Origin: Octopus bimaculoides
Taxonomy: Eukaryota
Length of the DNA stretch: 60,330 nucleotides
Assembly: GCF_001194135.2 (NCBI RefSeq)
Contig: NC_068990.1
Coordinates: 59,013,233-59,073,562 of the forward strand
Reading direction: 5' to 3'
Under the pieces are notes generated by a model. That model was not told the DNA's origin and made no database searches. It saw only the letters and a list, made by a program, of their open reading frames with translations. This document shows, in pieces, positions 1 through 10,290 of the stretch (positions are counted from its first letter, which is position 1; every line of letters starts with the position of its first letter). The translations under genes were made by a program, and so were the position numbers.

Positions 1-178
1 ATGGTTTCTTAAACATTCTCTAGAACAACACTATGTACAAATCCAAATATATGGTACCCTAGGCATAACACCTACATGAACTCCTAACTTGTTGTCTCTT
101 GAGGTTTCTGGGTGAGACTTGGATCCAACTTGTACAAATGCAAAGCAAAAGTCAAACACAAAATAATAATAATAATAA
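1..178 (+). mobile_element. Probable LINE 3' UTR ending in an (AAT)n tail
   Basis: Non-coding stretch ending in AAAATAATAATAATAATAAC. It has the same tail type as the R4/Dong-like fossils at 18-21 kb. The family assignment is inference. Confidence 0.4.
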
Positions 179-179
179 C

Positions 180-353
180 ATCGAAAAAATAACTTAGGAA
201 TGAGAACCCAGGTTCGAAATTTCTCCAAGACACCTGATGAAGGCTGGAGGGTATATCAGACGAAACGTTGTGTTAACAACGAACAAGATGAGGACAAATA
301 TCCGTCAAATGTAAATAATGTACATAATTACTCATCTCTTAAATATAGAACTG
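180..353 (+). mobile_element. Penelope-like element terminal-repeat (pLTR)-like fragment
   Basis: Carries CTGATGA...CGAAACG, the hammerhead signature known from Penelope pLTRs. It lies between an (AAT)n tail and a (TATG)n array. Confidence 0.55.
229..274 (+). ncRNA. Minimal type I hammerhead ribozyme motif
   Basis: Stem I GACAC(229-233)/GTGTT(270-274); core CTGATGA 234-240; extra A241; stem II GGCTG/CAGAC with one mismatch; GAAA 262-265; palindromic ACGT helix III; predicted GUU cleavage after 269. Confidence 0.65.
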
Positions 354-432
354 TATGTATGTATGTATGTATGTATGTATGGACGTATGTATACACACAA
401 ACAGAGACAGACAGGCACACACACACACACAC
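354..432. repeat. (TATG)n and (CA)n microsatellites
   Basis: Direct reading. Confidence 0.95.
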
Positions 433-567
433 ACGAAAGGCTTACCATGATTGCAGTGAGGAGATCTTGTAATGAGTTCTTCAATGAAGAACGAATATTC
501 TTTTGCAACAAGTCGATAATTCTGTTCGCTCATAGATAGACCTAAATGTGAAGACGACAGGTTTACA

Positions 568-603
568 CCACCATCACCATCATCAATATCGTCATCATTA
601 TCG

Positions 604-634
<31 letters not shown>

Positions 635-670
635 ATTAATCATTACCGTCGACAACAACAACAGCAACAA
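568..670. repeat. Imperfect (CAT)n/(CAA)n microsatellite
   Basis: Direct reading; source of the His/Gln-rich pseudo-ORF 548-763. Confidence 0.9.
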
Positions 671-1034
671 CGTCTGGACAATACTGTTTCGAGTCCAAGG
701 ATTCATAGGACCGGATTCTTGGTTTCCTTGGCGTATAGGTTTCTATGGCGATCAAGAATATAATACTCTTTCTGATCTCTCGTTGGGTTACTCATTTACA
801 GATGAGTGAACTGGAACAATAGGAAACGAAGTGTTTTGCGATCGAGAGTGCAACATCCTAACCGCTGGAGCCTACTGCCTTAGGATGTTGGATAAAAAAA
901 AATGTGCCAGCAGATAGATAGAGACAGTGACAGAGGCGGAAGAAGTATTACCAATGACACAATTGAACTAATTCTTACTTTAAACGTTTCAAGGTATACC
1001 TACACAAGTGTGATCCCCATCGTCGATGATGTTT

Positions 1035-1630
1035 CCTCATAAATTTTCTACAAATATCTTTGATATGGTGTAGATTCCGATCACCACGGAATTTGTTGCG
1101 AAAACGTTTTCGGTGATGAGGAGCGGAATTTCGGAGAATTCATACGAGTCGGATTTGTTTTCTCATAACTTTCAGAAACAGGAGTATTTTTTTTTAATGA
1201 AATTTTCTACAAATACCTTTCAGACAGTGTAGATTGCGATTATATAGGAATTCAATATGGAAAAAAACCCCAAAAAAACAGTGAGTGCTCACATATACAT
1301 ACTGACATACGTCACATATATATCTGTAAAACCTGAAATTTCGAAAAGAAAAATTATGTGAAGTGAGTCAATATGTATGTGTGAACACCCACCAGTTTTT
1401 CTCATATTAAATTCCGATATAACCGTAAGCTACACCATCTGAAAGTATCTGTATAAATTTCATTAAGAAATACCTATTTCTTTGGAAGTTATGAGGGAAC
1501 TAATTCGATTCGAATAAGTTGTCTGAAACTCCTCTCCCTTCCTCCGAAAACCTTTTTCTGTAGAAATTCCGATAAACTTGTAAACTACACCATCTGAAAG
1601 GATTTTGTCGAAAATCCTTTTCATTAAAAA
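1035..1630. mobile_element. Foldback-type element (working family F) with ~270-bp imperfect inverted arms
   Basis: TTAATGAAATTTTCTACAAATACCTTTCAGACAGTGTAGATTGCGATTATATAGGAATTCAATATG (~1195-1260) is the degenerate reverse complement of ~1400-1470. The outer arms also pair. Related copies at 36050 and 55730. Confidence 0.7.
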
Positions 1631-1632
1631 AT

Positions 1633-1800
1633 ATGAGCGTAGCTGTGCGGTAAGAAATTTACTTCCCAAACTCATGGTTCTTGGGTTCATCCCCGTTGTG
1701 TGACACCTTGAGCAAGTGTTTTCTTCAAAAGCCTCGGGTTAGATAGACGGAAATTGAAAAAAGCCCGTCTTATGTGCGCGCGCGCGCGCGTCTGTGTGTG
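1633..1800 (+). mobile_element. SINE family A (CORE-like), 5' half
   Basis: tRNA-like head plus GACACCTTGAGCAAGTG core, running into a (CG)/(TG) microsatellite. Confidence 0.75.
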
Positions 1801-3015
1801 TACGCTATCCCTTCAGCTATTTGGGCTCTCCTCCCTACATATATACACACAGAGACATATATTTCAGTATACAGGGCAACCGGAGATGCAGCTGGTTCAT
1901 TTCTTGCCAGCGGTACTACATTCTGGCCGACTCCAAGAATCATCTACACAACTGACAACGGATATCCAATTTAAGAATAATTTATCGCTCCAAGTACTAT
2001 TCTTTACTGTTGTTGTTAGGGGTTCAGGTAAACCCTTTTTCAATAGATTTATCTGTGATCAAAGACATTCCTATAGTGACAGTCGCGTCGGTTATATTTT
2101 TGCACGTCTCACCTGCCTCCCCACGTCTTATGAAATAATAGAAATTTCTTCCTTCTTTCCCCTTCTTTCGCTTCCTTTTTTCATCCGTTTCTTTCTACTC
2201 TCTCATTATGTTGGTATATCGTATGCGATGATTGTGTGGGCCTGTTTGAGAGTGGCAGCTTTTATTATAGTCATCCCAGATGAAGATTGGGTCGTCTTGT
2301 GGAGCTGATATCCTTCCCCTGCGGGTCAGTCTCAGCAGCATTATTTATAGGCCCCTGGGAAAATCAATGTATAGGGCCGTACAGTATTTACTAATCAACA
2401 GTTATCCGCAGCATATAAGGGTAAAATCAATGCACTGGACCCTATAGTATTTATTTATTGACACAACAAACCACAGCATATATAGATGAGAATTGATCCT
2501 TGGACTTGTGGAGCCCTCGGACAACTGCTAGATGTGCCCATTTTCTTAAGAAGGCACATTCCACCTGTGTTTTTTTGGTATCCGAAACTGGTTTTGATTA
2601 CCATTCACATTTCCACCCCTACCTTCATAAAATGTCTCCGGGATAAAAAGTTTGACGGTCTAACTTTCCTGATTGTTACAATATGTATTCATTGGGAGGC
2701 CCATTTGCTTGCTTCCATATACCTCAGGCAGAGATGGCTTGTTGGACATAATATCTTTTTAGTTCACAGACATATCAAATGTAAATAGACAACCCTCATT
2801 ATATTATTTTATCTACGCAGAGACTACATGAAGCTTCAAACTTGTTAATGTGTTATGCACAAGACATGTCTACTAAATACTAAATTAAGAATTAAATGCA
2901 TCAAATTGCATTATTTTGTCTCTAGAAAGAAATCTTTCAAAAGTAACGGTGTGCATTGGCTAGTGACATATTTGTGTATATCTAGGTCAACATTATCTTG
3001 TGTTCTTTGGACAGA

Positions 3016-3177
3016 CAATAGCATAGCTGGTGGTGGGGTGGTGCAGCCTGGGTGACGCTTTTATTGGAGGGGCGGTAGTTTTGGGTCTACTGTATAATCC
3101 TGTATAGAAGGTAGGGGTGGGGAGGGTGGAAAACTCAAGAGCTACCTCGAGCGGCACGTACTCTAGCTACGCAACTA
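3016..3177. mobile_element. Decayed hAT-like MITE
   Basis: Ends CAATAGCATAGCTGG...CTAGCTACGCAACTA resemble CAGTGGCGTAGCTAG-type TIRs. A related copy lies at ~12295-12430. No TSD retained. Confidence 0.5.
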
Positions 3178-4082
3178 CGATAGGGTGTAATTTGAGGGAA
3201 ATTTGACAGCTATTTCTTACATCTTAGAGCCTGAGCTACCATGCAGAAACTGTGTCGCTTGGCTCATCCAAGAACTGTAGATTTGACAAGTGGTTCGTTA
3301 GTTTGCAAACTTTGTTCGATTTTTCCTGTGGAAAGCGATGTATTCACTAAATTAATTCATCTTAGATATGTTGTATAATGCTAAATGCACCTACAAACCC
3401 AAAAGCTAACAGCCTTGTCACTCTCCACTCCAACTATCCATCTATCAGTGGTTCTCAGTAAAAATCAATTATAAATTCATTGATCGATTCACTACAAAAT
3501 AAGTAAGTAAATATATAAGTAAATAAATTAGAAGTTAAATTCACTAAATACTATTGCGATCAATACCAAAGAGCGTACATTTAATACGGATATTCTAGAA
3601 CATATGTTTTGGTGTTCCACCATTTTGAATCGTTTCTGAAATCAATTAACTTCATTTAGTTTAACCAAAATTTCTTAATCATACTGAAACCGAAATTTCG
3701 TAAATTAAATTCTATATATATCTGAGTTTATCGAAATCTCTAAATTAAATTTTATCCGAATTTATCAAAATCTTTAATTTAATTTCTCTATATCTGAGTA
3801 ATTTAATTACTGAATGGCAAGATAGAATTATAGTGTGACCAGTGAGTTTTAATTAATCTAATCAATCAGATTGGTGCTTAATTAGCAACCCAAGAGTATT
3901 TTTGTCTAAAAGTAAAGACCAAATTTATCACAACAGCTAGCTGACATTATGACATCATAATTTAAAACAGAACTAGAATATAATGGTCGTTGCTGATGTT
4001 AAAGTATGGAGAGTGTTTCAATCAAGAGACAAACTAGAAGATTCGAGCATATGCGATTCGAGTTGTATTTACTAAGATTATG

Positions 4083-4490
4083 TTGAATACACGCGGCCGA
4101 AATGGAGTTCTTCCCAAGGATCTCTGGAACAACGTTCCTCGACAGGATACATAGCTCGAAGATCAGGGAGTCTCTCCAGATTGAGCCACTACTTCTCACT
4201 GAAAGGTGACAGGTCTAGTGCTGTGGCAGGTAGGAATCACAATGTCGCAGGTAAGAATCATAAGACGGATTCTTCAAGCCGAGCCAACCACTGACAGGAG
4301 ATCTAGGGGTAGGCCGAGAATGAGATAGATGAGTAATATCCATTGTCTATGATGGTCACACTTGGAAATCCAGCAGGAAAGTGTAATGGTGGTTGGTTCT
4401 GACAGGACCCTATGGAGGAGGTGTCTGAGAACTCTACCCCCATGGCTCTCCCAGAATTAGTGGGTGGAGAAGATGGATAGAAGGATGGAA
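4083..4490 (+). mobile_element. RTE-clade LINE 3' fragment, pseudogenised
   Basis: Reads AAEMEFFPRISGTTFLDRIHSSKIRESLQIEPLLL...RRILQAEPT...RSRGRPRMR* with stops; GGAT-like tail. Confidence 0.8.
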
Positions 4491-4721
4491 GATAATGTAT
4501 TCTCCATCAGTTTTCATGGTGGGCATTTTGTTGTTCATTCAACTGAACTACTCTACTCGTTAAATTAACGTTTAAATAGCTGAGTATTCTGCAGACAAGT
4601 GTATCATTAACATAATTCTCGGTTCGAATCAGTGTATCAAGCTTGTGACAAGACTGTGATCGTTAATGACTTGTAGGGAGACCGCAATCCGTTATGCACC
4701 CATAATATACTACAAAGTATA

Positions 4722-4961
4722 AGGCAGCGAGCTGGCAGAAACGATAGCACGCCGGGTGAAATGCTTAGCGGCATTTCGTCTGACTTCAAGTTCTGAGTTC
4801 AAATTCTGCCGAGGTCGACTTTGTCTTTCATCCTTTCGGGGTCAATAAATGAAGTACCAGTTGCGTACTAATCGACCTTTCAATAAATTAAGTACCAGTT
4901 GCGATCTAATCGACTGGCTCCCTCCCACAGAATTTCGGGCCTTGTGCTTAGAGTAGAAAAG
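4722..4961 (+). mobile_element. SINE family N (Nin/Deu-domain-like), full length
   Basis: Head GGCAGCGAGCTGGCAGAA; core GAGGTCGACTTTG.CTTTCATCCTTTCGGGGTC.ATAAA..AAGTACCAG; 18-bp TSD AATATAC(T/C)ACAAAGTATA at 4704-4721 and 4962-4979. Confidence 0.9.
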
Positions 4962-5232
4962 AATATACCACAAAGTATATTAAAGCACTGCTAACACAAT
5001 AGAACACAGTATAGATTTATAAAGCGTTTAATATTCTTTGTAGTATATTATGGTTGCATAACGAAATGCGGTATCCCCTACAAGTCATTTAATATGTACG
5101 TGTCAGCTGTCAGAAATGTGTTTAATATGTAAAATTGGTATATCCAGTAATGTTACACCGTTATATATAGGGAAGCAAGCAGAAGGGTCTCCCAATCAGT
5201 ACATATTGTAACAGAATCATGAAAGGTTAAAC

Positions 5233-7003
5233 CAGTGGTTCCCAATCTGTGGTCCACGGACCTCTGGTGGTTCGCAAAGGTAGAACTGGGGGTCTGTAAA
5301 CTAAATTCAAAATTTCATGTGTGTGTATGTGTGTGTTCATATANNNNNNNNNNNNNNNNNNNNNNNNNNNNNNNNNNNNNNNNNNNNNNNNNNNNNNNNN
5401 NNNNNNNNNNNNNNNNNNNNNNNNNNNNNNNNNNNNNNNNNNNNNNNNNNNNNNNNNNNNNNNNNNNNNNNNNNNNNNNNNNNNNNNNNNNNNNNNNNNN
5501 NNNNNNNNNNNNNNNNNNNNNNNNNNNNNNNNNNNNNNNNNNNNNNNNNNNNNNNNNNNNNNNNNNNNNNNNNNNNNNNNNNNNNNNNNNNNNNNNNNNN
5601 NNNNNNNNNNNNNNNNNNNNNNNNNNNNNNNNNNNNNNNNNNNNNNNNNNNNNNNNNNNNNNNNNNNNNNNNNNNNNNNNNNNNNNNNNNNNNNNNNNNN
5701 NNNNNNNNNNNNNNNNNNNNNNNNNNNNNNNNNNNNNNNNNNNNNNNNNNNNNNNNNNNNNNNNNNNNNNNNNNNNNNNNNNNNNNNNNNNNNNNNNNNN
5801 NNNNNNNNNNNNNNNNNNNNNNNNNNNNNNNNNNNNNNNNNNNNNNNNNNNNNNNNNNNNNNNNNNATAGTCAAGTAAGCTACATCTAAGCTATTTAGAT
5901 GGGTTGGCGAAGGGTGGTGAGGAAAAATCTTAATGTAGAAGATAAAGCGATAAATAGATATAGATACAGAGATCTTAAAGGTCGTAAGGGATAGATATAT
6001 ATGAGCTGTGTCTGTCTATATCAGTGAAATATATCTATCCCTTACAACCTTTAAGATCTCTGTATCTATATCTATTTATCGCTTTATCTTCTTCTTCTAC
6101 ATTTAGCTTTTGCTCACCACCCTTCGCCAACCCATCTAAATAGCTTAGATGTANNNNNNNNNNNNNNNNNNNNNNNNNNNNNNNNNNNNNNNNNNNNNNN
6201 NNNNNNNNNNNNNNNNNNNNNNNNNNNNNNNNNNNNNNNNNNNNNNNNNNNNNNNNNNNNNNNNNNNNNNNNNNNNNNNNNNNNNNNNNNNNNNNNNNNN
6301 NNNNNNNNNNNNNNNNNNNNNNNNNNNNNNNNNNNNNNNNNNNNNNNNNNNNNNNNNNNNNNNNNNNNNNNNNNNNNNNNNNNNNNNNNNNNNNNNNNNN
6401 NNNNNNNNNNNNNNNNNNNNNNNNNNNNNNNNNNNNNNNNNNNNNNNNNNNNNNNNNNNNNNNNNNNNNNNNNNNNNNNNNNNNNNNNNNNNNNNNNNNN
6501 NNNNNNNNNNNNNNNNNNNNNNNNNNNNNNNNNNNNNNNNNNNNNNNNNNNNNNNNNNNNNNNNNNNNNNNNNNNNNNNNNNNNNNNNNNNNNNNNNNNN
6601 NNNNNNNNNNNNNNNNNNNNNNNNNNNNNNNNNNNNNNNNNNNNNNNNNNNNNNNNNNNNNNNNNNNNNNNNNNNNNNNNNNNNNNNNNNNNNNNNNNNN
6701 NNNNNNNNNNNNNNNNNNNNNNNNNNNNNNNNNNNNNNNNNNNNNNNNNNNNNNNNNNNNNNNNNNNNNNNNNNNNNNNNNNNNNNNNNNNNNNNNNNNN
6801 NNNNNNNNNNNNNNNNNNNNNNNNNNNNNNNNNNNNNNNNNNNNNNNNNNNNNNNNNNNNNNNNNNNNNNNNNNNNNNNNNNNNNNNNNNNNNNNNNNNN
6901 NNNNNNNNNNNNNNNNNNNNNNNNNNNNNNNNNNNNNNNTTAAAAGGAGAAAACTCATTTTAATAAAAGGGGTCCGTGATAGTGAAAAGGTTAGGAACCA
7001 TTG
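5233..7003. mobile_element. hAT (Charlie-like) non-autonomous element spanning two gaps
   Basis: TIRs CAGTGGTTCCCAA (5233) and TTAGGAACCATTG (ends 7003); degenerate 8-bp flanks GGTTAAAC/GGCTAAGT (5/8). The interior is mostly N. Confidence 0.65.
5881..6153. repeat. Long inverted repeat, ~120-bp arms, 28-nt spacer
   Basis: 5881-6000 is the reverse complement of 6029-6153 with a few substitutions and a 6-bp GAAGAA indel. Confidence 0.9.
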
Positions 7004-7631
7004 GGCTAAGTTATCAAACTTTTAATTCTGGAGACATTTTATGAAGGTAGGGGTGAAAATGCGTAGAACGATCAAAATCAAAAAGGTAGAAAGTGCTGTC
7101 TTAAGATGTGGGCACACTTAGCAGTTTACCGAAGGCTCCACAAGTCTAGGGGCCCATTTTTGATCAACGTAAAATTGGCATTTCCAATAATGTTACACCG
7201 CTATATTAAGTGGCTATTTAATCAATGAGTTCGTGGTTAATGGGTCGGATGTGATACTGATGAAGGAACAAGAGCTCCTGAAATATGGTATATACACTCA
7301 TTGCCCATTTTTCATCTTCGATCACCTTGTTGTTTACATTAAGCGTATTCGGATACGAAGCGTCGTAACTAATCAGTACTGGCTATAATTTCTAGAGAAA
7401 ATCCGCAGAGATTACCTTAGCATGTGACCTTTGACTATCTCGTTCACGTTCGTTTATTGATAACGGAATTATACGGTACAGTGAGGCAAATATGATGTTG
7501 GTTAGCAAGGGAAGCTGGAGATTGCTGGCTCTCATCAATGCAATTTAGCCTTTGACTCAGTTGACAGTTTTAATCAACCGCTTGAATATATTTTTCTTAA
7601 TGGTATTGGGATATGCATTGAGTTTCGCAGA

Positions 7632-7694
<63 letters not shown>
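7632..7694. repeat. (AAT)n microsatellite
   Basis: Direct reading. Confidence 0.95.
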
Positions 7695-8222
7695 TTTTTA
7701 CTGTTATAGGCACAAGACCTGAAATTTTTTAGGGGAGGGAGCNNNNNNNNNNNNNNNNNNNNNNNNNNNNNNNNNNNNNNNNNNNNNNNNNNNNNNNNNN
7801 NNNNNNNNNNNNNNNNNNNNNNNNNNNNNNNNNNNNNNNNNNNNNNNNNNNNNNNNNNNNNNNATAATAATTTCAAATTTTGGCACAAAGCTAACAATTT
7901 CGGAGGAAGGGGTAAGTTGAACACATTGACCCCCCAATACTCGATTGGTATTTATATTATCACCCCCGAAAGGATGAAAAGCAAAGTCGACCTCGGCGAA
8001 ATTTGACCACAGAACGTAAAGACGGACGAAATGCTGATAAATATTCTGTCAGCTCGCTGACTTAAGTTATTCAGTTATATTCTTTTCTACTTTGGGGAGG
8101 GGGCCAGTCGATTAGATCGATCCCAGTATGCAACTGGTACTTAATTTATCGACCATGGCGAAATTTGAACCCAGAACGTAAAGACGGACGAAATACTGCG
8201 AACGATTCTGTCAGCTTGCCGC
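7695..8222 (-). mobile_element. Cluster of about three SINE N copies
   Basis: Reverse-complement N cores and tails at ~7700-7742, 7864-8060 and 8081-8222. The last is flanked by CTTAAGTTATT.A..TATATT repeats. Confidence 0.8.
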
Positions 8223-8845
8223 CTTAAGTTATTGAACTATATTAGTACATAAAAAGCAACTTTATAAACATAAGTTTCTTTAATTTAAACAGCACAGTGA
8301 TTCACACAGAGCAAGCTAAGACGTTCAGGTTTCAAAAAGTAAAAAAGTGCTATGAAGGAAAAGAGAATAATAAATGTGTGACAAAAGTGCAAACTGTTAT
8401 AAATAGATATTAAAAAAATATTAGATCACTTGGATTTATTTATATAAAATAATATAACGGTTTGCAGACGAGAAAATAGGGAAATAGTATTAAAATAGTA
8501 ATATGATGAAATTAAACAACATTACAGTACTTCGTGGAAGGAAAGATTAATGCAGACGCTGTTCCAATTCCACAGAATTGAAGAAATGGGTTACTTGGAC
8601 AAGTCTTGTACAAACACTTTTATGTTTGAACTGTTTTGGTGTTAATCTTTGCTGAAGCACATAATTTCTGACAGAGACCAACAACTCCTTATAGAATGGA
8701 AACTGTTGGCAAAATTTCTATTTTCTGCGGAAGCTCTGATCAATAGATTCAATGTTCATTTGCTCATTTGTTTATTTGGGGCAGCTGCGTTTTTAGGATA
8801 AACCATAAAAAAACATAATCACAGTCTAATATTTTCTCCATTATT

Positions 8846-9215
8846 AAGGCGGCAAGCTGGTAGAATCGTTAGCAGACCGGGCAAAATGCTTAGAGGATTT
8901 TCGTCTGTCTTTACATTCTGAGTTCAAATTCCAAAGCTTTGTGAGTGGATTTAGTAGACGGAAACTAAAAGAAGCCCATTGTGTGTGTGTGTGTGTGTAT
9001 GCGTGCGCATACGTGTGTCCTCCCACACCGTAAGACAACTCGTGTTGGTTTGTTTACGTTCCCGCAACTTAGCGGTTCGGCAAAACGCGTCCAATAGAAT
9101 AAGAAGCACCTACTAGGTGGGGATATTTTCGACTAAACCCATCAAAGCGGTGCCCCAGCATGGCTGCAGTCCAATGTCTGAGACAAGTAAAAAATAAAAA
9201 ATTAAAGATATAAAA
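8846..9215 (+). mobile_element. Chimeric SINE: family N head fused to family A body and tail
   Basis: N head runs to GAGTTCAAATTCC (~8932), then switches to A sequence AAAGCTTTGTGAGTGGATTTAGTAGACGG and the A tail. Confidence 0.8.
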
Positions 9216-9529
9216 GAATATATATGACAAATTCTACAAATTCTAAAGAAAATCTTTAAAATATATTGCTGATGAAATATTTAATATACCTTATCCTTAA
9301 AAAGTTGTTTTACTAAATTATTTTAGCATCTTTTAAGCTACCAAATATAATCTAACTTCTAAAGTCCCAAACGAACTTCATGTAAAAATGAAACAGCATC
9401 GCACAAAATATATCATCTTCTGATGGTCACTTTTTAAATATCTTAGAAGCATTCGCCTTTGTATTTATATTCCCAACATGAATTCAGGCTATAATACTAA
9501 CCAACCATGCTGTTCGCAACCCTTAACCG

Positions 9530-9843
9530 GCTCTCCGTCGGTTTCGACGACAAAGGTTCTAGTTAAGATCAATGTAACAGCCTGCTCGTGAAATGAACGT
9601 GCAAGTGACTGAGCACGTTATCCTTAACGTACCCTTTACATAGTTCTCAGGGAGATTCGGTGTGACACAGAATGTGACAAGACTGGCCCTTTGAAATGCA
9701 GGTACTACTCGTTTTTGCCAGCTGAGTGAAGTGGAGTAACGTGAAATAAAATATCTTGCTGAAGAACATATCGCACCTCCGGGTATCGAACTCACGATCT
9801 TACGATTGTGAGTTGAATACCTCAACCACTTAGCGACGCGCGT
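9530..9843 (-). mobile_element. SINE family C (head C, CORE-like part, B-type tail)
   Basis: Reverse complement shows a GCGCGTCGCTAAGTGGTTGAGG head, ...ACTCAGCTGGCAAAAA..., then the tail shared with family B. Confidence 0.75.
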
Positions 9844-10039
9844 TTACTCCACAACCCTTACACATAAACATACGATCGTTTCAACAATAAAAAAAAAATT
9901 CCCTCACAGTGTGACAAACTCTTAACTCGATTTGTCAATACCAATTCATACCCCAAATATTCAAGACCTCTTTAAGTAATAATACAAAACTCTGGCAAAC
10001 AAACTCTCCTTTATGTCGTTACGCCAATGCAGTAAATGA

Positions 10040-10290
10040 GAATTGAATTTCCGGAATGGGCTATGCAAGGATCCTTCCTTTTATCGACTCTTTTTGATCA
10101 ATGCCTACCAAACCTTTCACACTTCTACAAAACAGCCTCTATGTTGATGGCATCATGGTCACTCCTTCCACTTTTCTCTAGACAAAACTTCATAATTACT
10201 CTAACCATACATGAACAATGTATATCAGCAATCTCTCTTCAAGTATCCAGTTCGAAGAAGAAATTAGCAAACCAGCGTCTCCTGAAAAAC
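10040..10290 (+). pseudogene. Decayed reverse transcriptase fragment, Penelope-like
   Basis: WAMQGSFLLS, then after a frameshift YVDGIMV (10140-10160) and NLSSSIQFEEEISK. These resemble the PLE RT motifs AMGSPLS, YVDDI and SIKFT.E. Confidence 0.5.

Noticed and set aside
1754-2308. 184-aa plus-strand ORF
   Set aside because: Starts in a SINE microsatellite, has no recognisable domain and is F/L/S-rich like antisense of a purine-rich tract
3690-3810. Degenerate ~35-40-bp tandem units
   Set aside because: Very AT-rich, three poor copies and no further structure
5227-6958. Long ORFs (185-307 aa) in the ORF track
   Set aside because: They are open only because they run through N gaps. The same applies to ORFs at 19476-20606, 31186-32179 and 37361-37993.
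8570-8740. 56-codon open stretch on the minus strand (KFCQQFPFYKELLVSVRNYVLQQRL...) as a possible exon
   Set aside because: No recognisable homology, weak acceptor and no supporting neighbouring exons. It would need RNA-seq or BLASTx to revive.
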